A DNA stretch of 64,000 nt from Squalus acanthias (taxonomy: Eukaryota): positions 188,666,001-188,730,000 of the forward strand of contig CM059427.1 of NCBI GenBank assembly GCA_030390025.1, in the 5' to 3' direction. This document shows positions 50,581-63,199 of the stretch, piece after piece. The position numbers and the translations under genes are program-made. The notes under the pieces are model-generated. The model did not search any database. It was not told where the DNA came from and saw nothing but the letters and a program-made list of their open reading frames with translations. Position 1 is the stretch's first letter. Each line of letters starts with the position of its first letter.

Positions 50581-51129
50581 TTGACTGAATGATGTGACCA
50601 CTGTCACCAGAGGCCACCTGGAAGTATCCAAATGCATTAACGTTAAATGTCACCGTCACAGCCACAGTTGTCACCTTTCACAGATAAGGCAAAGCACCTG
50701 GTGGAAAGAGGCTGCAAGTCAGCTTTATCTTCCAAGGGCTGGTTTATCTCTGTCACGTTTCAGACAAGCGTGGAGTGGACACAGGAACCACCTGATCTCC
50801 GCCCACCTCGTGAAACCCCATCACAGGGAGGCGACCCGACATAACCGTATCCTGCACCAATCTCTCTCCCGCTAGCTCCTGTCCACCCTGATAATGTCCC
50901 CTGTAGACCAGGAGTCACAAGGACATTTGGAGCCTTTATTTTCTGAAATTAGCCATGTCCTCGCTTTTGTATGTATGTTATATAGAATTACAAATTATTT
51001 TACAGCACAGAAACACCTCCCTCATGTACTTATCTATATTCAGAAAGCTCTGGTAATAAATACACAGAATATCTACTGGAAGTGTTCTGTTTTTCCCTGT
51101 AACAGTGCCTGCAGTGAAGGTGACATGAT

Positions 51130-51860
51130 ACAGTGCTTTCTCCTCATGTATTAGTGCTTCATTGTAACCTTCTCTGGACTGAACTCCTCAATGAAGGAGC
51201 TTTGCCAGCTTCTTGGGATTGTAATGGGAGAGGATTTCACTCTCTCTTCTTGCCCAATTTTGGATAGATTATGGTCGGCAGGGGCAGAAAGTGGGGATGG
51301 GGATCCGGCGGGCTGCTCCCTGCAGATTGTCGTCGCTTCACTGAATATATGGACACAAATATGGAGAGATTTATTCAAATTGCGTGGAGAGGCCAAGTGT
51401 TATCAGATGCTACATTCACTGTCATTACTGCCAGAACAATGCTGGAACACAAGGGACAGCAGCATGTTCCCGGCATCTAGCGTTGCGTTGGCTTGTGGGA
51501 GGGGATTTCAATTTCAAATATCTTTCTGAAGTAAAGCAATTGATCATGAGGCGATCAATCACCCGCCAAATTTGTCATTGATCCATAGTTGCCCCTCCTC
51601 TTCAGCTGCCTCGTGGGTAACCAGCCCTGATCTGCTGCTGCACGACCTCGAGACCCGCAGCAACCACCTCCCTCCCTCTCCCAGGTGGGTTCCTCAGATC
51701 AAAGCACGAGTCCTGCTGGGAGCCGCAATAATTATGGAAATGATGCTGATCTCAGGAAATTCCCCGGGGTTCACGGTTTGGGAAGACAGGCGGGCACGGA
51801 CTCTGTCACGCTGACCCACAGACAGATTATGGCCAAGTGGAAAATCCTGCCTCCCATTGT
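51130..51860 (-). mobile_element. Old Harbinger transposase remnant
   Basis: Decayed CALHNEALI..RRKH-like C-terminus and SICVHIFSEATTICR HTH-region similarity. AAAATCCTGCC terminus near 51850. Confidence 0.45.
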
Positions 51861-52381
51861 TATCGGTAATCCTGTGGGTAGCCTGGTCACTGGTGGTCCA
51901 GGAGAACCAACAACGTACTGGGCATTACACAAGAGGAGGGGAGATCACTTGTAGAGATCGCTGGCCTGATTAATGAGCCCGAAGTGATGTGACTGCACCA
52001 GTACTGTATTCAGTTTTAGGAGAATACTGATTATTGTGATGGTATTTCAGATTTCTCAACAATATGGGAGTAATGATTCCCCTTCCACACTCCCAGTGAA
52101 TGCTGGAAATACGGATTCTGAAATTGGACACTGCAGGCCCACGAGGTCAGAGTGCAGTGGCAGAAATTCACCCTCTAATGTCCTAAAGTATCACTGGATT
52201 AGGCCAGATTATTCCAGACAGACAGCTCTTCACCGGGGTGTGTATGTGTCATTGCTGAATCCGTTGTATATAAAAAATAAGACTGTAAATAAATGAAGTC
52301 CAATATTAATCATTCCAAACATGGGATTAAGGAGTTGCAATTTAAATATTAAAATACTTACATTGTTCCTCTTTCTAACAG

Positions 52382-52723
52382 GAAACCCAAATCATATTTA
52401 TTTTTTGGATAAGGGAGATGACATTCCATTAAAAGGACCAGACAATCCGGGGAATGGCCCTGTTGTCTGGGAATGGAAACCACACTCAGGGCAAGAAATC
52501 CAGCGGCTGGTTACTTTTCACAAAGGGAGTTCGAGCTGGTGGGACGCACAATGGAACGATCACTTTAGAAACAGCGACTTGTACCAGATGATAGAATGGA
52601 ATTATTGGACCATTAATCTGAGAATTAAAAAACCCACATTTAAATTTGCGGGATCGTTCACCTTGACTAAAACACAGCCGAATAATAAAATCCTGAAACA
52701 GTACGAAATATTTGGGATCAAAG
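52382..52723 (+). CDS. Receptor gene 2, exon C: N-terminal cysteine-less V-type Ig domain
   Basis: taacag acceptor, AAAG|gtgagt donor, 342 nt, phase 1-1, open. LKGPD..VWEWKPHSGQ..INLRIKKPTFKFAGSFTL..KILKQYEIFGIK. Confidence 0.9.
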
Positions 52724-52976
52724 GTGAGTGGGACAAAGTCTAGAAAAGATTCAATAAAATGATTCTCAGTAAATAATTTCATGTGTAATGATGAGAGATT
52801 GTCAGGATCACGTGAGATTTATATCGCCCAGTGCAGAGAGCATCTCTCATTAAAACAACCAGGGGAAAGATTTTGTTCTTTGTTTCCCCTGAAATGGTCA
52901 ACATGAGTAAAAACATTTCGACAATTTCACCAGAAATAGCAAACCGAGGAATCTACCCCACAGAGAGTATTATGGT

Positions 52977-55750
52977 CTTTTTTTTAATTTGTTTATGAGA
53001 TGTGGGCGACGCTGGCAAGGCCAGCAATTATTGCCCATCCCTAATTTCCCTTGAGAAGGTGGTGGTGAGCCGCCTTCTTGAACCGCTGCAGTCCATGTGG
53101 TGAAGGTACTCCCACAGTGCTGTTAGGGAGGGAGTTCCAGGATTTTGACCCAGCGACGATGAAGGATTGGCGATATACTTCTAAGTCAGGATGGTGTGTG
53201 ACTTGGAGTGGGAACTTGGAGGTGGTGGTGTTCCCATGCACCTGCTGCCCTCGTCCTTCTAGGTGGAAGAGGTCGCGGGTTTGGGAGGTACTACGGAAGA
53301 AGCCTTGGCGAGTTGCTGCAGTGCATCTTGTGGATAGTACACACTGCAGCCACGGTACGCCGGTGGTGGAGGGAGTGAATGTTTAAGGTGGTGGATGGGG
53401 TGCCAATCAAGCCGTCTGCTTTGTCCTGGATGGCGTCGAGCTTCTTGAGTGTTGTTGGAGCTGCACTCATCCAGGCAAGTGGAGAGTATTCTATCACACT
53501 CCTTACTTGTGCCTTGTAGATGGTGGAAAGGCTTTCAGGAGTCAGGAGGTCAGACACTCGCCGCAGAATACTTAGCCTCTTACCGCCACATTATTTATGT
53601 GTCTGGTCCAGTTAAGTTTCTGGTCAATGGTGACCCCCAGGATATTGACTGTTGGGGGATCCGGCGATGGTAATTTCATTGAATGTCAAGGGGAGCTGGT
53701 TAGACTCTTGCTTTTTGGAGATAGTCATTGCCCAGCACTTCTGTGGCGCGAATGTTACCTGCCACTTATCAACCCAAGCCTGAACGTCATCCAGGTCTTG
53801 ATGCATGCGGGCATGGACTGCTTCATTATCTGAGGAGTTCTGAATGGCACTGAACACTCATCAGCGAATATCCCCATTTCTGACCTTATGTTGAAGGGAA
53901 GGTCATTGATGAAGCAGCTGAAGATGGTTGGGCCTAGGACACAACCATCTTCCTTTGTGCTAGGTATGACTCCAGCCAGTGGAGCGATTTCCCCCCACCC
54001 CCCGATTCCCTTTTACTAGGGCTCCTTGATACTACACTCTGTCAAATGCTACCTTGATGTCAAGGGCAGTCACTCTCACTTCTGGAATTCAGCTGCTTTG
54101 TCCATGTTTGGGCCAAGGCTGTAATGAGGTCGGGAGCCGAGTGGTCTTGGTGGCACCCAAACTGAGCATGTTATTGGTGTGTAAATGCCGCTTGATAGCA
54201 CTGTCAATGACACCTTCCATTATTTTGCTGATGATTGAGAGTAGACTGATGGGGCGGTAATTGGCCAGGTTGGAGTGGTCCTGCTTTTTGTGGACAGGAC
54301 ATACCTGGGCAGTTTTCCACATTGTGGGATAGATGTCAGTATTGTGGCTAGTTCTGGAGCACAAGTCTTCTGCACGATAGCTGGGATGTTGTTGGAGCCC
54401 ATAGCCTTTGCTGTATCCCGTGCGCTCAGCCATTTCTTGATATCGTGTGGAGTGAATCGAATTGGCTGAAGACTGGCTTCTGTGTGGTGGGAACCTCAGG
54501 AGTAGGCCGATATGGATCATCCACTTGGCACTTCTGGCTGAAGATGGTTGCAAACTCTTCAGCCTTGTCTTTTGCACTTACGTGCTGGGTTCCACCATCA
54601 TTGAGGACGGGGATATTCATGGAGCTTCCTCCTCCTGTTAGTTGTTTAATGGTCCACCACCATTCACGACTGGATGTGGCAGGACTTTGATCTGATCCAT
54701 TGATTGTGGGATCTCTTAGCTCTGTCTATAGCATGCTGCTAAGTCCTGTGTTGCAGCTTCCCCAGGTTGGCACTTCATTTTTAGGTACGCCTTCTGCTGC
54801 TCCTGGCCTGCTCTTCATTGAACCAGGAGTTGGTCCCTCTGGCTTGATGATAATGGTAGAGTGAGGGATATGCCGGGCCATGAGTTTACAGATTGTGGAT
54901 GAATACAATTCTGCTGCTGCCCCACAGATGGCAAGTTTTGAGCTGCTAGATCTGTTCTGAATCTATCCCATTTAGCATGGTGGTAGTGCCACACAACATG
55001 ATGGAGGGTGTCCTCAGTGTGAAGACGGGACTTCGTCTCCGCAATGACTGTGCAGTGGTCACTGCTATCAATACAGTCATGGACAGATAGATTGGTGAGG
55101 ACGAGGTCAAGTAGGTTTTTCCCTTTTGTTGGTTCACTCACCACCTGTCGCAGGCCCAGCCCCAGACTGGCAGCTATGTCCTTTAGGACTCAGCCAGCTA
55201 GGTGCTACCGAGCCACTCTTGGTGACGGACTTTGAAGTCCCCCACGCAGAGTACATTCTGTGCCCTTGCTACTCTCAGTGCTTCTTCCAAGTGGTGTTCA
55301 ACATGGAGGAATACTGATTCATCAGCTGAGGGAGGGCGGTAGGTGGTAATCAGCAGGAGGTTTCCTTGCCCTGAAGCCATGAGACTTCATGGGGTCTGTT
55401 GTCATTGTTGAGGCCTCCCAGTGCCACTCCTTCCTGACTGTGCCACGTCCCCTGGTGTGTCTGTCCTGCCAGTGGGATAGGACATACCGAGGGATGATGA
55501 TGGAGGAGTTTGGGACATTGGCTGAAAGGTATGATTCTGTGAGTATGACTATGTCAGGCTATTGCTTGACTAGTCTGTGGGGCAGCTCTCCCAATTTTGG
55601 CACAAGTCCCCAGATGTTGGTGAGGAGGACTTTGCAGGGTCGACTGGGCTGGGTGTGCCGTTGTCGGTGCTGAGGTCGATGCTAGGTGATCCATCCAGTT
55701 TCATTCTTTTTTGTAGTGGTTTGTTACAACTGAGTGGCTTGCTAGGCCAT
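52977..55750 (-). mobile_element. CR1/L2-group LINE (second family), near-complete decayed ORF2
   Basis: Endonuclease motifs (TTYRPPSADES, CVGDF, PTKGKNLLDLVLTNL) through RT to a poly(A) end at about 52977. Confidence 0.9.
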
Positions 55751-57975
55751 AGAAACATAGAAACATAGAGGATAGGAGCAGGAGTAGGCCATTCAGCCCC
55801 TCGAGCCTGCTCCGCCATTCGATGAGATCATGGCTGATCATCCAAACTCAGTACCCTGTACCTGCCTTCTCCCCATATCCCTTGATAGCTTTAGCTTTAA
55901 GAAATATATCTAACTCATTCTTGAATATATTTAATGACTTGGCCTCAACTACCTTCTGTGGTAGAGAATTCCACAGGTTCACCACTCTCTGGGTGAAGAA
56001 ATTCTTCCTCATTTCTGTCCTAAATGGCTTACCCCTTATCCTTAGATTATGACCCCTGGTTCTGGACTTTCCGACTATCGGGAACATTCTTCCTGCATCT
56101 AGTTTGTCCAGACCTGTCAGAATTTTATATGTTTCGATGAGATCCCCTCTCATTCTTCTATACTCCAGCGAGTATAAGCCCAATCGACCCAATCTCTCCT
56201 CATATGTCATTCCTGCCATCCCAGGTATCAGCCTTGTGAATCTTCGCTGAACTCCTTCCATGACAAGAACATCCTTCCTCAGATAAGGCGACCAAAACTG
56301 CACTCAGTACTCAAGGTGTGGTCTCACCAAGGCCCTGTACAACTGCAGCAGGAGATCCCTTTTCCTATACTCAAACCCTTTCGCTATGAAGGCCAACATA
56401 CCATTTGCCTTCTTCACCGCCTGCTGCATCTGCATGCTTACCTTCAGTGACTGGTGCACAAGGACACCCAGGTCTCGTTGCACTTCCCCTTCTCCCAATC
56501 TATTGCCATTCAGATAATAGTCTGCCTTTCTGTTTTTGACACCAAAGTGGATAACCTCGCATTTATCGATGTTATATTGCATCTGCCACGCTTCTGCCCA
56601 CTTACCCAACCTGTCCAAATGATCCTGGAGTTTCTCGGTATCCTCCTCGCAGCACACACGCCCACCCAGCTTTGTGTCATCTGCAAGCTTGGAGATATTA
56701 CATTTAGTTCCCTTATCTAGATCATTAATGTATATTGTGAATAGCTGGGGTCCAAGGACAGATCCCTGCGGTACCTCACTAGTCACTGCCTGCCACTCGG
56801 AAAAAGACCCATTAATTCCTACTCTCTGCTTTGTGTCCGCCAACCAGTTCTCTATCCAAGTCAGTACCTTGCCCCCAATCCCATGTGCCTTAATTTTACA
56901 TGCTAATCTCTTATGAGGGACCTTATTGAAAGCCTTTTGAAAGTCCAAATGCACCACATCTACTGGTTCTCCCTTATCTATTTTCCCAGTTACAGCCTCA
57001 AAAAATTCCAGTAGATTAGTCAAGCACGATTTACCTTTTGTAAATCCATGTTGACTTTGTCCGATCCTGTCACTGTTTTTCAAGTGCTCAGCTATTACAT
57101 CCTTTATAATGGACTCTAGCATTTTCCCCACTACCGATGTCAGGCTTACCGGTCTGTAATTCCCCGCTTTCTCTCTACCACCCTTTTTGAATAGTGGGGT
57201 AACATGAGCTACCCTCCAATCCATGGGTACAGTTTCAGATTCCATCGAATGTTGGAAGATGATCAGCAATGCATCTACTATTTCTAGGGCCACTTCCTTA
57301 AGTACCCTAGGATGTAGATTATCAGGCCCTGGGGATTTATCGGCCTTCAATCCCGTCAATTTCCCTAACACCATTTCCCTGCAAATACTGATTTCTTTCA
57401 GTTCCTCCCTTTCATCAGACCCTATGTTCCCCGACATCTCTGGGAGGTTATTTGTGTCCTCCTTTGTGAAGACAGAACCAGAATATGCATTTAATTGGTC
57501 TGCCATTTCTTTGTTCTCCATTATAACTTCCCCTGCTTCTGACTGCAAGGGACCGACACTTGATTTCATTAATCTTTTTCTCTTCACATATCTATAAAAG
57601 CTCTTACAGTCAGTTTTTATGTTCCCAGCAAGCTTACTTTCATATTCTATTTTCCCCTTCTTAATTAATCCCTTTGTCGAATCCTAAACTGCTCCCAATC
57701 CTCAGGGTTACTGCTTTTTCTGGCCAATTTATATGCCCTCTCCTTGGATCTTATGCTATCCCTAATTTCCCTTGTTAGCCACGGTTGAGTCACCCTTTTT
57801 GTTTTATTCTTATGCCAAACTGGGATGTACAAATTCTGCAGTTCATCCATGCAGTCTTTGAATGTTTACCATTGCCTATCCACTGTCAACCCCTTGAGTG
57901 ACATTCCCCAATGAATCCTACCCTATTCACACCTCATACCATCATAGTTTCCTTTATTTAAATTCAGGATCCTGG
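55750..57975 (-). mobile_element. CR1 (HER1-like) LINE, young copy with a nearly intact RT
   Basis: 427-aa ORF 56304-57587 continues in frame after a single TGA (EY*VQFWSP) into 55848-56303. Confidence 0.95.
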
Positions 57976-58444
57976 TCTCCCATTTCAGAGGGCAGTTGCT
58001 GTGGGTCTGGAGTTACAGGTCAGGACATCAGATTTCCTATCCTAAAGGACATTAGTGAGCCAGATGGAGTTTTTAATGGCAATCTGATAAGTTTCATGGT
58101 TGCTATTACTGATACTAGTAATTATTCCAAATTTATTTAATTAACTGAATTTAAATTGCCCAGCTACCGTGGTTGGGATTTGAACTCACCTCGCTGGGTT
58201 ATTAGTTCAGGCCTTTGGATTACTCGCCCAGTGACATTACCATTACACTACACTCTCTCTAGGAAGTGCTGAATACTGTTACCAATAGGTCCCTTGTAGT
58301 AATAAGCCTCAGCGCGATGGGACAGGAATAAGATTGGCCAGTTTCACTGCTCCTGATTGCTATCCGTGGAAATTGAACTATGCCAAGGAGTTAACAGCTT
58401 CATGAAAGCAGGGAGAGACATGGCAGAGAAAAAGAGATACATTG

Positions 58445-59690
58445 AGGGGAAATTTCACCCCAAATAACGGGCGACTTGGGGTCGGGTGGGAGGTTCCAGA
58501 GTTAAAAATCAGAATCTTGGCGCCAACTCGCCTCCAACCCGCCCACTTCTGGTTTTAATGGGACGGGGTGGGGGGGCAGGCAACCTGCTCGCAGGAGGTG
58601 AGTTGGCACTTTAAATATTATAATGAGCTTGGGTGCCTCATAGTGATCCACCATTTTAAATTTAACTGTGGGCTCGGAGATCCCGGCAGCTAAAGGGTGA
58701 CAAGGACTGCTGGATCCAGGGTTTCTGCCTCGCCAACCGCCCACAATCGGACACCCTTCACCCCCGACCCTTCTGATCTCCCCCAAACTACCCCTGAGGC
58801 CTTCGACACCCTCCCACAATAACTCCGATCTCTGATCTCCCCTCCTGCCTTCCGCTCTGCGTACTGGCCTTCCGACCCTGATCCAGACTCAGAACCCCCC
58901 TCTGGCATTCCAACCTCACCCCTCCAGCCTTCAATCCCCCTTCAGTTTCTGCTTCGCTCTCCGGTGTTCCTACCTCTCACTTCCGACCTCCGATGCCTCC
59001 TCCGGCCTTCTGAGCTCCCCCATCCGGCCTTACAGTTAAGAGGTTTTTTGCAATTTTGACACTTCTACTGAGGGCTTCCCGACGTCCGGACACCACGACA
59101 GCTCAGTGTGGCGTGCTGTGTGTCTACAGTAATGTTTCTGCATTGATGACAGGTGCAGAAGTGGTGTGAAGGATCCAATGGTGCACTGGTGAGTTTCAGA
59201 GGTAAGAAAATGTTGGGAAAATCATTTTAATGTATTTAGACTTTTCTGTAGGTGAAAGTTTTGAATTGTTTGTGTAGTCGCACCTCATTGGGAGAACCTC
59301 TCTCACCAGTGACAGATCGCTTCTGTAACCTCACCTGCAGCTGCCATCTGTTCTAGCCTAAGGAGGAGTCACTGGAGAGACTGGGTGCAAGGGCTCACGT
59401 TTGTACAGTGATTGTCAGTGTTTGCAGAACCTCAATGCTGTCAAAAACTGAAAAATCAGCTGTCAAAAAGAAAGTGTGGCCCCTTTAAGAAAACCGGCAT
59501 ATGATGCGTTATCAACTGACGTCATCTGACACTGGCTTCCTCTTAATTGGCCGGTAAGCCCACAGGGCGGGCTTAACAAGGCCAATTAACGCAAAATCGC
59601 GTCTGTGCGTCGGATGTCGTTGGGGGCGGGACTGGAACCTGGAAGGCAGCTATCCTGTCCTCAAGCCACATCGACAGAAAAATTCATGGC
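58445..59690. mobile_element. Harbinger-derived non-autonomous element
   Basis: GGGGAAATTTC and AAAATTCATGGCC termini. 59280-59580 matches the promoter-side sequences of the Harbingers at 1-130 and 41130-41330. Confidence 0.55.
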
Positions 59691-60348
59691 CAAAGTCCCT
59701 GTTGAAGATTTGATTCTTACTTGTCATATTGTAGGTGGGACTGAAAGTCAGGGTGGGCATTTTTAGAACAAGCCTCTCCTGAAGTGCCATTCCTCATGGA
59801 CGCTCAATGATTGGAGCCCTGCTCAGGAGCATTTTGGGAGCCCACTAATTTAAATAACGTAATGACTTTTGATGTGGATTTTGTGCACAGGCTCCAGTGC
59901 GTGTGTTGGGTGGTCTTACTGAAGTGTGCGAGGCACATTGAGAACAGAGTGGGACTGGAGCCTTCTCCATGTCTGATAATATGGGCGCTACATTTCCATC
60001 ACACCCTCCTCTGGTGAGATTCCATCACCTGTCCATTGTGGTGTCGGCTTCCCCAAATGTCATCCAAACCATGTAACCTTTACCTGACCCCGGATACTCC
60101 AGCAGGGTCAGGGGTAAAGGTCATCGGCCGCACTCTGGCTCACTTACGCTGGCAGAGCTGGACTGAGAATTTTCAGGCCCACTGTGTTATTCTACTGTTA
60201 AAATGCACTTGTGTGTAATCTGGCCTGAGCCTTTAATGCAGCAGGTACAAGTGCTGATGATGGGCACATCCTACGGTCAGTTAGAACCTAATTGTTGGAT
60301 TGTACATGTCACTACTTACACTAAATCTTATTGATCTGTTTTTCACAG

Positions 60349-60618
60349 TTGTGTCAAGTCCACAGAGTGCTGTGGTGGGCAGTGACGTTACACTCAGCTG
60401 TACCATCTCCAAACTCTCAGATACAGTCAGTCTTCAATGGAAACAGAGAGACTCATCTCAGCAGAACAGGAGGAACACTGATCAGATCCGACTAAATAAC
60501 ACAGTCTATCTGATAGTCAAACATGTTGCAGTAGAAGATAAGGAGTTGTATATGTGTGAAGTGCAGGAAGATGGATCCATTATTCTCACAGGAAAAGCAG
60601 ATTTTTTTGTGTACCAAT
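60349..60618 (+). CDS. Receptor gene 2, exon D: C2-type Ig domain (gene continues beyond the window)
   Basis: tcacag acceptor, T|gtaagt donor, 270 nt, phase 1-1. GSDVTLSCTIS..LQW..ELYMCEVQE, with both cysteines present. Confidence 0.92.
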
Positions 60619-61107
60619 GTAAGTGCAGTTACCTCACAGTAGATATTAAAGAGTTACTAATATAAAACTGTTACATATAAAGTGGAGTCACACATGTCAA
60701 CCATCAGCACTCCATGCTCACAGTCAGCATGTGGGGGCCTGGTGCCCATATCAGCATTGAACAAAAAACTGGCCTCTCGCCCCTCATTGCCATTTCTAAC
60801 CGAGTTCTGCTGCTATTTGAAGTGATTCCAGCTGCTGCATACTCTAGGCTTCAAATAAGCATTCAGCTGGAGCAGGACTGAGGGAAGAGGGAAGGGCAGG
60901 GAATCAATGGCCATGAACGGAGAGGGTAGGATGGAAATGATGGCAATGTAGAGGAGAGATGGTGGGCAGAGGGAAATGACAGAGGCTGGGAGTGGGGCTT
61001 TGGGGGAGGAAGAGGGGTAAAGCTGAGAGTGGAACTTTGGAGTAGAAGATAAGAATTTGCATTTGTGTGAAGTGTAGAAAAAAGGCTCTGTTATTAAAAT
61101 AGCATCA

Positions 61108-61196
61108 AAACTATTGATGTGGATCAGGGTAAGGCCAGAACTACCTTGCAGTAGATATTAAACAATTACTTAAATAAAACTGTTACACACAAAAGT
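61108..61196 (+). pseudogene. Relic 3' end of a D1-type exon with its donor and intron start
   Basis: TTGATGTGGATCAGG|gtaaggccagaactaccttgcagtag..ataaaactgttacacacaaagt matches 8379-8460. Confidence 0.75.
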
Positions 61197-61545
61197 CATG
61201 AGGGGTCTGGACAGAGTAGATAGAGAGAAACTGTTCCCATTGGCAGAAGGGTCGAGAACCAGAGGACACAGATTTAATGTGATTGGCAGAAGAACCAAAG
61301 GTGACTTAAGAAAAAACTTTTTTACTCAGAAAGTGTTTAGCATCTGGAAGGCACTGCCTGAAATGGTGGTGGAGGCAGACTCAATCACGGCTTTCAAAAG
61401 GGAATTGGATAAGTACCTGAAGGAAAAAAATTTGCAGGGCTACGGGGAAAGGGCGGGGGAGTGGAACTCGCGGAAGTGCTCTTGCAGAGAGCCGACATGG
61501 GCTCAACGGGCTGAATGGACTTCTTCCATGCTGTAACCATTCTAT
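61197..61545 (+). mobile_element. CR1 LINE 3' end
   Basis: MRGLDRVDREKLFPL..RTRGH..FKRELDKYL. Flanked by CACACAAAGT / CACGCAAAGT (62456) target duplication. Confidence 0.88.
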
Positions 61546-62440
61546 GGGAGAAAAATTCAGTTGGTTGCACCTCCCGTAAGTGCCTTAAGAGGGCGCTAAT
61601 GGGGCGCAAATCATCTAGCGCCCAGGCGCGGCGATGTTTGCGCCGCTCGCAAAATTAACTAGACACTTTGCGGCGGCACTAAACACTACCGCCACGATCT
61701 CCTGCTCCGACAGATCGTGACGTCAGTCGAGTGCGCAACGCCCCAGTATCGCCCCGGAGCGGATATTGAGTGGCGCCCCCTGCCTTACCGCCTGACGCTA
61801 GCAACGACATGTTGAGGGGAGCGTTTTGCAGTCATGAAGAGACTGGGGGAGCGCTATTTAAAGGTGACCGCTTCCTGCCTTTTATTGTTGGTGCCATTTT
61901 TGAACCACGCATTCTGAGAGAGAGGGAGAGAGAGACTTTTGGAGAGATTCAACGCAGTGTGAAGGAGTTTTGGGTACTGAGCAGCACTTTGCAGTTTCAT
62001 TTTGATTTGCCATTCCTTGTATCGATTTAGAAGAGACTGTGGGGGCTGCACTCTGAGCTCTTTCCCTGGTACTCTCCATTGTTCTTTCCAGCAGATTTGA
62101 TGTGCAGGTCTCTCCAGGCCGAGATTCAAGGCTGCAATGAGCAGGATGTGGATGGAAAGCAAGATCAACCATCCCCTTTAGGAACTGGCCCTTGCCATTG
62201 TGTGTGTGTTCCGTTGCTGACTGACATCACATGAGCTTCGCCAGCGCTCTGAGGTAGCGCCTCGCTCCCAGGCCTTTGCACCTTAAGACAGGTGTGAAGC
62301 GCCTGATTTAGCGATCCAATCACCTCCAGGGGCGATAAAAGTCAAGTTTGCAGCCGGTGGCGATAATTAGCGCCAGGCGCTAATCTTTGCGCACGGCCGA
62401 TAATTGCGCCCCAAATGGGGCGATACTGAATTTCTCCCCC
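61546..62440. mobile_element. Harbinger-type MITE in CR1 tail
   Basis: TIRs GGGAGAAAAATTCAG / CTGAATTTCTCCCCC and TSD TAT on both sides. Confidence 0.85.
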
Positions 62441-63199
62441 TATGATTCTATAATTCACGCAAAGTACAGGGAGCACAGAGACAGCATATGCTTTTACTAC
62501 AGACTCGGACCTTATTTTCTCTTTGAAACATTGGTGTAAATATAACATTGCAATACAGTCGGCAAATATCAACAACAGGTCAAGATGGATCTGACAAAAA
62601 ATAGCAAAAGAGTTGAAGGTGGACAACAACATTGTCACACAGCTCATCAGTTACCAAAACACAGAGACAATTCTTTTCTAAATATGGTTCACTTTACTCA
62701 CTGCAAAGGCACAGCATTAAAGTCCATCCCTGAATATCTACTCAGTGCTCGTCCAATACACACACTTCGAGTAAAACACTGACTGACTTTGGTTGAACAT
62801 CATTGGTAGTACAAGAATTGTACAAGCAGTTATGGTGCTCTGCGATTGTTAGCATCTGAGATCAATAGATTGGGAGTGGAGGGAGGGCGGATGGTTTTAA
62901 TGTGGCCTGGGTCTGTACAGGTAACTGAATGGGGAACCACTTCACCAGCTGTCGAAAGGCAAGTGGGGGAGAGGAACAAGGCTGCAGCCAATATTTGTTT
63001 TTCTTGTCTAGAATTGTCAAAGTAAATTAAGCTGTTCAACATCGGATGGTAGAAAATCTGAATTGCTGCATGTTTTTTCATAAGTGGACCCGAAGTATAA
63101 AACAAAAACAGCGAATGTATTCAGTAACATAGTATCTTGAAGAAAGAAAAAAATACGCTTCACTGAGGAAGAATGAAGTGGACATCAATCATCAATGAG

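Noticed and set aside
56304-57587. Active autonomous LINE
   Set aside because: It is 5'-truncated (no ORF1 or complete endonuclease) and has an in-frame stop at 56304.
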